Positions 39,745-52,364 of a stretch of 64,000 bases of DNA are shown piece after piece; position 1 is the first letter of the stretch; each line of letters starts with the position of its first letter. The notes below the pieces were generated by a model. It was not told where the DNA came from and did not search any database. It saw only the letters and a program-made list of their open reading frames with translations. Made by a program: the position numbers and the translations under genes. This DNA is from Callorhinchus milii. Taxonomy: Eukaryota. The stretch is from contig NW_024704743.1 of NCBI RefSeq assembly GCF_018977255.1, positions 53,198,001-53,262,000 on the forward strand, read 5' to 3'.

Positions 39745-41010
39745 CCGTTTGTGGAGACAAAGTGGAGCCAGTGTTAGAGATAGGATCTGAATCATTCAAG
39801 GACAGAACCTTGAAGGTTGAGCTGTGGAGGAGGATAGAGTGGTCCATAGTCTCAAAGGCAGCAGAGAGGAGGACGAGGAGACAGAGGGAGCCCTGGTCAG
39901 AGATGGATAGAATGTCATTTGTCACCTTGACGAGGCCTGTTTCCGTGCCGATGGCAGCAAGAAAACCTGATTGGAGGGTTTCGTAAAGGGGGGGCAGAGG
40001 AGGAAGGAGCGAATCTAGGAAGCAACAACTCTTTCAAGGACGTTGGAAAGGAACAGGAGGTTGGAGATGGGGCGGTAGTTTATGAGCAGAGATGAGTCCA
40101 GGGAAGGTTTTTTTAGGTTAGGAGTGATGACAGCTATTTTTAGGGGGTGGAAACAGTGCCATTTGACAGGGAGAGGTTGACGAGGTCTGAGAGTAAAGGC
40201 ATGAGAAGGTGGAGCTGGGAGGTAAGTAGAGGAGTAGGGATGGGGTTGAGGGAGGCAGGTGGTGGGCTTCATGTGGTCTGTATTAGTGGTGAGAGAGGTG
40301 GGGGAAGACAGTTTTTAAGGTAGGGAGGGATGGGTAGGGGCCGCATTGTGAGGGAGAGATGGGAAGGGTGTGGCAGTTTTAAGAGTGGAAGTGTCTGAAT
40401 GGATCCCCTCGATTTTGGTCTCATGGAACCCAGCATTTCCTCGCAGTTGGAGAAGAGGATGGGCGAGGCATGAGAGGGTGGATGGAGGAGCTGGTTGGTA
40501 GTGGGGAAGAGGAACCTGGGGTTATCCTTGGCTGCCAAGATTATCTTGGAATAGAAGGACGATTTAGCAGAGGCGAGGGTGGAGCGGTAAGTTTTGATGT
40601 GGTCCAGCCAGATCTGCCAGTAAACCGTTAAATCAGATTTGAGCCAGGTATTTGGTGGCAAGCACCTGTCCCTTGAGTGAGTGGAGGTGGCTGGTGTACC
40701 AGGGTGAGTTGCATGAGTAGGAGATGGTTCGGGAGTTGAGGGAGGCAAGAGCATCGAGAATGGTAGAGAGGGAGTTGGTTGTGAAGGAGAGTGACTGAGG
40801 AAGATAAGTCGGTGTGGAAGGTAGGCCAGAGGGGGAGAATTTCAGATGACTCCATGGCAGTGGAGAGGGAGTGGGGGGAGATTCTTTTCCAGGTGCGGTG
40901 GAGATGGAGTGGATTGAGTGGCGGTGGAGAGAGGGATTGAGGAGTTAAGGAAGATGGATTGGGGATTTGAGAAGGTTTTATCAGTGATTGTGAGGTCCGA
41001 GACACTGGTC
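39745..41010 (-). mobile_element. L2 LINE ORF2 middle portion, decayed
   Basis: LKKPSLD...NYRPISNLLFLSNVLERVV; TNDIL...AAFETMDHSILL. Confidence 0.88.
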
Positions 41011-41112
41011 CTAGTTACCTCCCCGCCCACCGGCCTCAAATCTGCTTCCGGTCGCTCTCCCCCGGTTCCTCTTATTATTAGCAGCCCGATTGTCTCCCAC
41101 ACAAAGCCCTTT

Positions 41113-42855
41113 GAATTCTCGTCAAGAGTATAGAATTCAGCATTTTAGATGGCCACAATAAATTTACTGTTGGACTAACTAATGATGCTGGCTTGTATAA
41201 TTACGAAAAAGTATTTTCTAACTGACATATATCTTTCAAACTCTGCTTGAGCTGCTTTTCGGGTAGTTTTGGACTGTTGTGAAGAAAAGTTTATAGATTC
41301 AATGTTTCTGGTTAGCAGAAGTGATGTTGAGAATATTTATGGATACTGTACTTTACAATGAATTTTACAAAACTTACACATTCAGAATTTTGCCCTCAAC
41401 TATTCTCAGCAAGAAGAATTGGGCACAAATCAGAGGTTCATCCATTCTGATTGTCAACAAGCTAAACAGTACTAATACAATATGATTATACTGCCCATCA
41501 CATGACATGTACAAAATTGTGGTCTGATTGAAAACAAAATATAGTAAAAGCATAGAATTATTCATGCATACCATGTACTGTAATATGGTGTGAAAAGCAC
41601 ATTCTGTATGAAATAGGACTTCACTGGTGGGATTGAATAAATGAACATCTCTATTATGTCTGTACCTTTAAATTGTTTTTTTTCTCGTTAACAATAATTT
41701 TCTTGCCAACATGATTATGTTGATGGGAACTTCTGCAATTGTCTACTGCCTTATTGGATTTGTGGTTTGTTTATTTTTTGATACCAGGGGTGGAACAGCT
41801 GGAGTTTGGACACAGAATTGATTTTTGGCCAGGACAAATGCTGGAAGTCAGCAGAAAGGCTGAATTTGGAATGCAACTAGAAGAAGTTTATCAAATTAAT
41901 AGTCAATTGAACTAAATCGGAATCTGTTCTTACGAAAAGGTAATTAACTCTTTGCAAACATTCTTTGTCTTTATGGTATGCATATTCTACTTTTTAGACA
42001 TTAGGGCTCGTTATTGCTATGGCCTTTAAAATGGTTACAAATTGCTTTAATCTGTTTGTTACCATAAAATGATTTGAAGAAAATTGTGAGAAACTGCATT
42101 GAATCCAGGAAGTTAGTGCTCTAGACTAGGACTGGTGATCATTGCATTGTGGGAGGATGCATTCTTTGGGATAGATGTTAACTCAAAATCCTCACTTGGA
42201 TATTCCATAACATGTATATTATGGAATATCTTTAAATTGTTTTTCTCAACTTCAAGATCCTGATACTTGTATTCAAATCCATTCACTCCCTGGCACCTCC
42301 CTACCTCTCCGACCTCCTCACTCCATCACCTGGCGCTTCTGCTCGACTGGTACCAGCCTCCTGCTCGTCCCTCGCACCCTCCGCCCCATCGGAGGTCACG
42401 CTTTCAGCCACTACACCCCAAAACTCTGGAACACTCTCCCTCAATCCCTTCGCATGGCCCCTCTCTCCCCTCTTTCAAGTCCTGTCTGAAAACTTTTCTG
42501 TTCGACCGTGCTTACAGCCACCTCCCCCCCTTCCCCCCGGCTTGGAGTCAGTTTCTGCCACTGTTAAGCACTCTGAGACCCTACCCTACGTAGAGGGCGC
42601 TATATAAGTGCAAGTTGTTGTTGTATTTAAAAAGGAAATGAATTTTCTCCTGGTGCCATCGGCAATAATCCAATAGATAAGGTGATCATTCACTTCACAG
42701 CTGTTTCTGGGAGTTCCTATGAAAATTGTCTGCCACATTTGTCTTGGAATGATGTACTTGACAGTACTTATTTTTGAAGAGTTTTGAGACGTTTGTACCA
42801 TTTAGGTGCAAGTAAGGGCATGTTCATTGCAACCACGTTATTGTGTGGTATTTGA
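41113..42855 (+). repeat. Right arm of local inverted duplication, carrying an extra L2 3' insertion at ~42245-42622
   Basis: Reverse-complement match to 27740-29100. Confidence 0.93.
41788..41939 (+). other. Candidate non-coding 5'UTR exon of CCDC126
   Basis: Pyrimidine-rich acceptor tttattttttgatacCAG| and donor aaag|GTAATT; stops in all three frames. Confidence 0.35.
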
Positions 42856-43219
42856 GATCTATAAAATCCCACCCTGCATTATAGAATAGGAATGCTTATA
42901 GGGTCTAACTGCCGGACTGTACTCAACTGCCAGTTTGCAGCAATTGTGCCATTTTATGTGCTAACAGAAAAAATTGTCGAATTCCAAGCCATCAGGTCAC
43001 CATGTTTCTGTGCATGTGCAAAGTGGGAAATGCAGTCCGCAAAAATAGATTTTGTTGGTCATTATCTAGGCCAATAGAATGCGCTATAAATGTAGTTGAT
43101 GGCCTGCGGGATGCTCGCTGGTAACCTGGCATCACTGTGGGTGAAGCGGCTTCGGATTCGCATGCGTGGTGTGGCACAAGCGGCAAATGCTCTTCACTCA
43201 AATTACCTGCTGTTGTGAT

Positions 43220-43620
43220 TGTTTGTGTATTTGTGTGATTGTCAGTGTCTGTGTGTGTCTCTATGTGTTTGTGAGTGTGTGTGTGTGTGTATCTCTGTGT
43301 TTGTGAGTGGCTGTTCGTGTGTCTCTGTGTTTGTGAGTGTCTGTACGTGTCTGTCTCTCTATGTGTTTGTGAGTGTCTGTGTGTGTCTCTATGTTTGTGA
43401 GGGTCTGTGCGTGTGTGTCTCTCTCCTCTGTATATGTGTGTGTGTGAACGTGTCTTTCTCTTCTGTATGTGTGTCTGTTTGTGAGTCTCAGTGAATGTGT
43501 ATGTGTCTCTCCTCTGTGTGTGTGTGTGTGTCTCTCTCTCTCTCTCTCTCTCTGAGAATGTGTGTCTGTCTGAAAATGTATGTGTGTCTCTCTCTCTGTG
43601 AGTGTGGGTGTGTCTCTGTA
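43220..43620. repeat. Degenerate (GT)n/(CT)n microsatellite tract
   Basis: Direct reading. Confidence 0.92.
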
Positions 43621-45204
43621 TCTGACGTATAACATTTCATCAGTTTCCAAACCGAACACATAATATGTAGATGAAAAACTTATGAATGTTGAAAGCACAC
43701 AAATAATTCAAAGCTATAATGGCATATTGATGTATGAAGTGTCGATTGTGCAAAGTGATTAGATTGGTGACTGAAGCCTGGGAGAATGACTCAATTGAAT
43801 TGGACCTCTAAAGGCACCACCACTTCCTTACGATTATAAGTATAGGTGGTAATGATTGAATACAGGGTGTAATATGTTGAGTTCTGATCAGCTGAGATAA
43901 TGAAATAGCACATTAGATAAGGCTAACATTATGTATATAATGGATGTAACAATAATACTTACATTTGGTACAGCAACTTTCACGTCAGGAGGACCTCCCA
44001 AAGCACATCACATATATACTATATAAAGTGGAGCGACTATGTATTTTGTGGGCGAGTAAAGTTGGATAAGTTTACATAAGACAGGGATGTTTAATAGACT
44101 TATGTTTATGGTGATATAAAATGAAGTGATTGTCACTGTTAGACAAGCTTCTTCTGCATAACCTTTGGTAATTACTTTGTCTCATTTTTTTGTTTTTGTA
44201 TGTTTATCATTGTTTATCCAAGCCTGAATTTAAATGTTACAGATTCTATGATGACTGTTCAATAATGGCATGGAATTTTTCATTCAGGTGGTCAGATTTC
44301 ACCAATTAAAAAATTGTAATCTTTCAACATAACTGAGGAGTGTAACAATTACTGCATTAAATTGCTTAATTCTTTAAGCTAAATATAATTGTTTTACTTG
44401 TGTTGTAAGCATCCAATATAATGTAAATTCTTCTATGTTTGTTTTGTGTACACTCTTTGGAAATCAATTCAGAGAATAGTTTGTGGTTGTAGATTATGGC
44501 AATTCTACTTTATAAAGGCAATTGGTCTTTATGGGTTGCTCACAACAATTTTTGTTCTGTTGACACTATATATCAGCATGGCAGATTCCACTGCTATTGG
44601 ATATGGTTCTGGATTTCAAAAATGTAATTCTAGCTTGGTAGGGAATAACACTCGTCTTTATCTCAATATTATTTCTAAGTAAAGCTCAAGTCCCGTATCC
44701 CAGCTCATTTGATTCCAGAAACATGATATTACTTTACTCTAGAGTTTCTAAATGAAGACTTCCAGTTGCATTGTTGCCAGAATGCATTTCTTTATATTGA
44801 GGGTGATTGATAACTGGTACATGTCACCAGGAATTATGGTTTGGTATTTAAGAGCATAATGCTATAATGGTAAAATGATAGGATTAGTATTTTAGAAAGA
44901 TGAGATCATATTACATAGGGGACGTGTTGACTACTGGAATGGGTTACCAGGAAATATAATTGAGGAAAGAACATGTGACTTGTTTCGGACATAGTTTTGT
45001 ACTCTAATGAGAAGACATTAGGTGTCTAGGAAATTGCCTTGTTAAATAATGTTGTGTTCTACTTTTCATTAAACGTTGTGCTTGAACTATTCTGATAAGT
45101 TATTTTGTTTTTTTCATTTTATGGTTCAATATCCTGAGCTATTTCCTGGTTCCAATTTTCTATGAAAGATAATACCAACCAATAAATGACATTGTAACTG
45201 TGTG

Positions 45205-45630
45205 ACAGTCTGGCTCAGTTTGTAGCACACTCTTTTCAGCGTCATTAGGTTGTGGGTTAAAGGCTCATATCAGGACTTGGAACTCAAGTTACTTGAGGTG
45301 TAGTGCTGGGGGTGGGCCATATTGTTGGATGTGCCGACCTTCAGATGAGTTAAACCGAGGTGTTCCTTGCCTGTTCAGATGGACGTTAAAGAGCACGTGG
45401 CACTATTCAAAACGAGTAGGGAGTTTCTCCCAGTGTCCTGGCCAATAATTCCTCAAATAAAATTGGTCATTCACTTCTGTCTGTTTGTGGGACATTGTTA
45501 TGTGCAAATTGGCTGCTGCATTTGCCTACAAAATACAGTCTATAAATACACTTGACAGTTTATTCCGTGAAGCTTTTTGAGACGTGCTGTCATGTGAAAG
45601 GTGTTGTATAAAATGCAAGTATTATTATTG
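45205..45630 (+). mobile_element. DeuSINE-like SINE
   Basis: tggctcagtt head; gatgagttaaaccgagg...gcctgttcagatggacgttaaaga central domain; L2-like tail. Confidence 0.65.
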
Positions 45631-45842
45631 TCTAACCTTTCATTAGCGGATAATCACTGTACAATAATTACTTTGTACTTTTTACAGGAAAAGAGTGCAT
45701 GCGAAATGAAGAGGATCTAATGCAGTAGACGTACTGTAATATTCTACCATAGAAGATTTGAAAATGACCTTGTCTCAATGATGTAATCCATTTCCACTTA
45801 CCTGCAAAAGGAGACAACAGTTTTGACCCCAGTGTTACAAAC

Positions 45843-46071
45843 ATGTTTGGAAATCCCTGTAGAAGAAAAGCATCTCAGAAACTAAGTGTTTTGCTGATCA
45901 TTTTTGGGTTTGTTTGGGGATTGATGCTTCTTCGATACACTATTCAGTATCCAAGACACGAAAACAGTGTTAAATTACGTGAGCAGATTCTAGAACTAAG
46001 TAAAAGATATGTTCGAGTACTAGCGGAAGAAAATCAGAATATGATAGATGGTGCATCAATGGCAGGTTCTG
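45843..46071 (+). CDS. CCDC126: CCDC126 first coding exon (exon begins 45688): type II membrane anchor and stem, MGAT5-N-like
   Basis: [20 protein letters not shown]...[23 protein letters not shown]...GASMAG; donor g|GTAAGT phase 1; acceptor tttttacAG at 45687. Confidence 0.96.
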
Positions 46072-46217
46072 GTAAGTGCTAAAGAAAGTCTGCTTAAATA
46101 TTGTGTGTGTACGTTTCGTTTGGTACAAGTCTTTCAGACTTTCTTCCAGGGAGCAGGAGAGAAAACTACTGGCTGGGTGGGAGTGGAAAAGGATCAGTCT
46201 TGTGCTGCGGAGTAGGT

Positions 46218-46825
46218 ACAACAATAACAAATTGTATTTATATCGTGCCATTCACGTCGGGTGGACGTCCCAAGGTGCTGGACAGTCAAGGTTTGCATCT
46301 GTGCTGGGGGTTGGAGTTGAGAGGAATGGAGGGCAAGAGTAGTGGAGGTCGGAGGATGATCAAAGGGACAGTCAAAACAAAGGTCTTGAGACAGGCCTTG
46401 ATGGAGGCAAGAAAGGGGGTGAGGTGGACAGCTTCCAGGATGGAGTTCCAGAGGGTGGGAGCAGAAAGGTTGAATGCCCTAGCACCAATGGTGGAGAGGG
46501 CAGCATGGTAATCTGTTAGCAGATCACAGAGGTAGGGAGGTGCAAGTCCGTGGAGGGCTTTAAAAGTGAGGACAAGGATCTTGAATTCGATCCTTTGTAA
46601 ATGGGGAGCTAATGAAGCCAGCCAAGGATGGGGGTAATCGCGTCACTGAGCCTGGTACAGGAGAGGATATGAGTGCAGAGTTCTGAATAATCTGCAGCTT
46701 GTGGAGGAAAGTCCGGTGAGCAGGGAGATAGCATTGTCAAGTCTAGGCAGAATGAAAGCTTGGATGAGGGTTTCTGCAGCCTGAAGGGAGAGGTAGTGGT
46801 GGAGGTGGGGAAGGCAGATGTGGGT
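46218..46825 (-). mobile_element. L2 3' fragment
   Basis: Same family as the 32175 element. Confidence 0.8.
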
Positions 46826-48221
46826 GGATTTCATCTGCGTCTTTGTGTCCTACCATGCATTGACTTTCAGGGTGTTGTCAGCTCCAGATATATTTGGACT
46901 TGAATTGTTATAAAAGTGAGTTATGTACTTGGATGAGTTTCAATGAAATTACTTAATTGACGTATTAAGCTAAGACTTTGTTTGCTTGTTCGAGGACATT
47001 AAATATCCCACGTCATTCAAAAATAGCATGGAGTTTCTCCTGGAGTCCTGGCGATCTTCCAAATTAATTGGACTTTAACCACATGATTGTTTGTGGAGTC
47101 TTGCTGTCACAATGGTGCAAATTGGCTGTCACATTTATTCACAAAGTACCCATTCACTCTGCTTTGCAGTACATCCTATGGAGTAATTTGAGACGTCCTC
47201 CTCAGGTGAAAGGCACCATATCAAATGTCAGGATTATGATTAATTTTACTAAGGGAAGGTAACAATTCTCCCCATCATGTCTGTACCATGGGCTTCGTGA
47301 GCCATCACCCTTGTCCTCGCTTGGCTCTACTGGTCATCCCCCAGTGTATTGAAGTCAGGATCCTCATTCACATCTTTAAATCCCTCCACTTCTTTGCCCA
47401 TCCCACCTCTGCGACCTCCACCTTACCAACCCAGCTACTCCCTTCGCTCAATGAACACTGGGGTCCTTCATGTCTCTCACCCCATCAGCCCAATTATTGG
47501 CAGGCAAGCATTCAGCCGTTCTGTTTGTGCTCTCTTGAACTCCCATCATGGAGTGCCTCTGACTCACTTCCTTTCTCCCTGAATTCCAAACCCACCTCAC
47601 CTCCTTGACAATGATTTTGGTCATTTGTTCTGCTCATCAGCTCCCACACCTTATAAATATCTTTCTAGTTCCTTCTTAAAAGCTAATATGGATTCTGATC
47701 TACTATCGCACCTGGTAGGGCAATCCACATCCTAACAACTGTGTGTGTGCATGTGTATGTAAGAAAAATTCTGATCTCCCTTTTTGCTCCTTTGTTAATT
47801 ATTTTAAATTGGTGCCCATTTATCACTGATTCATCAACCGGTACATTCCTGCTAGTTGCAGGATATGTTATATAAAGAAAGCTCAGTGGTATTGCCATCT
47901 GGAAATCTATTGGTGATGAAATACGTCTGTTTGAAATGTGCTGTGGAGATATGCGTAGCCTTTCAATTTAATTTTTTAAGATTAATAATTTGAGCATAGT
48001 GCAGTCAAAAAAGCAAATAATTTCACCAGTGACTTGAGCCTTCTACCTACATGTTTGTTGTCTTCTATTTACAGTAATTTCTGTCCAGGCAAGGAAACGT
48101 TTATGCGATCAGCACACCTGCATTCAAAATATTTTCCCCTGTGTCTCCAGTTAGGCAATTTGTATTTCACTTTTGCAAACAAGTATGAAGGAAGCATTGC
48201 TTCAGTCGCCAAACTGAAACT

Positions 48222-48531
48222 GAGTCCTGTAGCTCAGTGGTTAGAGCACTTGCCATGTAAGCGAGAGACCTGGGTTCATTTCCCCACAGGGCGAAACCTT
48301 TGGCAAGCTTCCTTACTCCACACGCCTAATAATAATCCCTCAAGAAAAAAAAGCAACAAAATTGGTCACTTCAATCCACGACTATTTGTGGGACACTACT
48401 GTGCCCAATTGGCTGCCGCGTTTCGCTCACAAATATACAGTCAACTCACTTTACAGTATACTCTGTGAAGTGCTTTGAGACGTCTAGAAGACATGAAAAG
48501 CGCTATATCAAATGCAAGGATTATTATTATT
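48222..48531 (+). mobile_element. tRNA-derived SINE, short subtype
   Basis: gagtcctgtagctcagtggttagagcac ... ggattattattatt. Confidence 0.92.
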
Positions 48532-49889
48532 AAACTCTTTTAATCTCAAGAGATTACAGTATTTGAGAAGGTGATGAGATTGAGAAAGCACTAGGATAAG
48601 AAAGAATGTGAGAAAGCTTAAAAATACGTAGAAAGCAAACATGAGATTGGAGGCTGAAACTGAGCTGTGTAGAATGTTATAGAAATTAGTTTATTTAATT
48701 TGGAGGATTACATCAATTGTATTTAAATTGTGATATAACATTTTACATGGCGCCTTTCACGTCAGGAGGATGTTTTGAAGCGCTTCATGGGATTTATTAT
48801 AAAATGTAGTGACTGTTTTTGTAAGCAAAATAATTGAAAGACAGATGATTATTTTTGTGTGATGTGTTTTGATTGCTTCATTTCTAAAAAAAATCTGTTT
48901 ATACTAAAACATTGAGTATTTGCTGTAATAGCACACCAATGAACTAATCACTTCCTGTAGCCTAGAAACTAGAATATTGTGCTGCTTTTTCAGTGATAAC
49001 CATATCGTATTGACAACTGAGATGAGGAAAACTTGTATTGAAATGACATTCAACAACAGCGTGTAATTATACAGCACCTTTCACATAGTTTGAGAGTCTT
49101 GAAGTACTCAAGAAATGAGCTGCAAGAAGGGAGAGTCAAGGATGTTCACCAAGATCAGACATGTTTTAAGGACGGTTTTACAGTCATGGAGAAAGCAGGG
49201 TGAGAGTTGTAGAGGGCAAGGGGCATATTTGCTGAGATCTTGGATACTCATGGTGGGAAGAAGGAATTAATTTCTACTTTGGAACAATAGTCAGAAAAGA
49301 GGAGAGTGGAGGCAAGAGAATGTGCCAGGGGAAAGTTGCATAGGTGTTCAGAGCCATGAAGGAATTGAAGGACAGGAAAGGAACTTTTAAGACAGTTCCT
49401 GGAAAATTAAGAGTCAATTGGACCTAAATAATAATCCTTATATTTGATTGAGTGATTTATCATGAAATAATCAACTTCTCATAACTCTTCACAAGATTTC
49501 AGGGAAAAAGTAATGACAAACAGCTGTGAAGTGTACAACCAATTTTATCCGTGGGTTGTTGGTTGGGACACCAGGAAAAATTCTCATCTTTTCAGAGATT
49601 GAAGTTATGGACGTGAGATGCAGGAGCTGATGCAAATTATAGAGTTTGGGATTATATGAAACTAGTATAGATGAGGGAAGTTGGCTGAGTATTGGACAAA
49701 TCTACTAAAGCAGCAAAGCTATGAGTGAGGATTTCAAAATCAGAGGTAAAGAAGTAAGAGTGTCATGCTGTGGAAGTTGAGCAGAATTTGAGCCAGAGAT
49801 TGATGATCTGAGCCAGAGCTGAGAAGATGCTGACATAAAATGAGCAAGATTCAGTTTTAGTAATATTCAGCTGAAGGACATTAAGGCTC

Positions 49890-50633
49890 ACCAGAACCTT
49901 AATGTCTTGTTTGACCCTCATCTATCCTTTCCAACCCACATCCATGCCATGACCCACCCTGCCTTCCCCCACCTCCGCAACAACGCCCGGCACCACCTCC
50001 TGTCTCACGCTGCAGGCTGCTGAAACCCTCATACATGCTTTCATAACATCCAGGCTTGACTATGCAAACTCCGTGTTTGTTGGCCTTCCCAACTCCTCCC
50101 TCAATAGGCTACAGATCATCCAGAACTCCGCAGCACGTGCCCTCTACCGCACCAGGCTCTGTGACCCTATCACCCCTTGCCCAACTCCACTGGCTTCCCT
50201 TCACACGGAGGATACAGTTCAAGCTCCTGGTCCTCACCTTCAAAGCCCTCCATGGGCCTCGCTCCCCCCTACCTCTGTGACCTCCTAATCCCTTGCCAAC
50301 CTGCCTGCTCCCTCCACTCAATGGCCTCCGGCCTGCTTTACATCCCCCGCCTTGCCCGCCCCACCATTCGCGGGCAGGTCTTCAGCCACTCTGCTCCCAC
50401 CCTCTGGAACTCCATCTCGCAGTCACTCTGCCTCGCCCCCTCCCTTACCTCTTTCAAGACCCATCTCAAGATCCTCCTCTTTGACCGTGCTTTCAATCAC
50501 CCACCTTCCCCTCTGCCCTTCACCCTCCCCAATCCTGACCCCCAGCTCGGGTTCGAAACTTTGATTGTCCAGCACCTTGGGACGTCCTCCAGACATGAAA
50601 GGCGCTATACAAATGTAATTTTGTTGTTGTTGT
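49890..50633 (+). mobile_element. L2 3' fragment with (TTG)n tail
   Basis: GLPNSSLNRLQIIQNSAAR, LHWLP, FSHSAPTLWNSI. Confidence 0.9.
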
Positions 50634-51729
50634 CTGACAGGCAGTACATCTTCAATGTATAAGAAGAAATTCAGATCAATTCATCTCCATCATTTCCTAA
50701 GAGATTTGGATGGAGGATTGAAGGAGATCAATTGTTTGAGGCGGAAACATCATGTATCTTCATTCCTCCTGAGGGTATTTAATAAAAAAAAGCAAATCCT
50801 ATATCACTTCTGATTTCATGAGAGTGAGTGCTGTCACTACACTTGACAGAATTTACTTGTGCAGCATTTTTATGTTATAGGTACCATATCAAATGGTAAG
50901 AATTCTTATCCAATACACTTCATGGGAAACTGGATCACAGTCAGGTTGACAGCAATACATTTTTGGAGCCCTGTTCAGGCATTCATATTTACAACTCTCA
51001 CCCCAGCAGGTGTAGCATCAGTGCTTTGAAAGGTTTAAATCAAGCTTTTATTTAATTCTGTAAGAGTGTGAGTCTGCCAAATTCTGCCAAATGCAGTTGC
51101 AACCTCACAGTGATGCTTATTAGATTTAATCTACGGCTCAAGAAAAGCATCACTAAAATAGGCAAGATCACAATTTTAAGGAGCTTGACAAGTTTATCAT
51201 GCAGCGAGGTATTTTTGAAGTCCTACTATCCATAAGGGAATTTTGCTTCTGTCAGTGTCGGCGACTCTCTTGGGGAGGAGCGAGGAGCTGAACTGTCTCC
51301 AAGGTTACATGCCTGGCAGGGGAATGTTGAAATCGAGCCAACCCTCTGGGATGGTCTCTAGTTCGGTTGCTGTACCAGGCGGGTCCACAATAATCCAGGG
51401 ACTGCTGATGGCATCACATCCAGCCTGACTCATCAGCAGGACCTGGAAGGGCAGACCAGTCACTGGGGGGAGGGAATCCTTCCACTCAGCTTCTGCTAAC
51501 CCTACAAGCCAAAGAACTAATGGGTAGGAAGGCCCGAGCTGGACAAACAGCGGGAAAGCTTGCCAATATTAATGGCAAGCTATGTGGATTTAGCTGATTA
51601 GAATCCAACAGTCCAACCAACGCACATTTCAGGGTCCCCGATCCTTGGGTCTTGCCAACCTGCACCCTAATACTTTCTAGAATTAGGTAAGCAGGATGCA
51701 TCCCTCCAAGGAGAGAGTGCACATTCCAT

Positions 51730-52108
51730 TCAACAACAACAACTTGGATTTATATAGCGCCCTCCACGCCGGATGGCGTCTCAGAGCGCTTTACAGTTCA
51801 GGATCCCAGGACCGAGCCAGAGGGAGGGGTGGGAAGGTGACTGAAGGCGCAGTTGAAAAGAAAGGTCTTCAGCGGAGACCTGAAAATGGGAAGGGAGGGA
51901 GTGAGAAGAAGGGAGTGAGGAGGGCAGTTCCAGAGCCTCGGGGCATAGTGGCTGAAGGCACGGCCGCCGAGGGTGGAGCGGAGGACTTGAGGTCCAAGGA
52001 GGAGGCCAGACCCGGAGGAACGAAGACAATGGGTACTGTGCTGAGGAGAGAGGAGGTCAGAGAGGTAGGAGGCTGCAGAGGAGTGCAGGGACTTGAATAC
52101 GTTCAAGT
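51730..52108 (-). mobile_element. L2 3' fragment (second subfamily)
   Basis: GGRAFSHYAPRLWN...LKTFLF; (CAA)n tail. Confidence 0.85.
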
Positions 52109-52364
52109 ATTCTCCACCAACAATCTCAATGTATATGTGGGATGGATGGAACTTTGGATACTCTTAAGCATGGTGATGGGCTTCCCCATGTGTCAGACAT
52201 CCAGCTGACAAAAAAAATAAGTGTCAGGAATTTAATGATGAATGTTTGTTTTTGTGTCAGGAAATGATGTAGTTTTACTTAAGTTTTCGTTTTTGCTTTG
52301 AAATAAAATGTATTAAAGGAAGTAATACTTCTAATTATGAAATGTTTCCTATTTTCTCTTTCAG

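Noticed and set aside
43219..43698. Val/Cys-rich and Thr/His-rich ORFs
   Set aside because: Dinucleotide microsatellite translations
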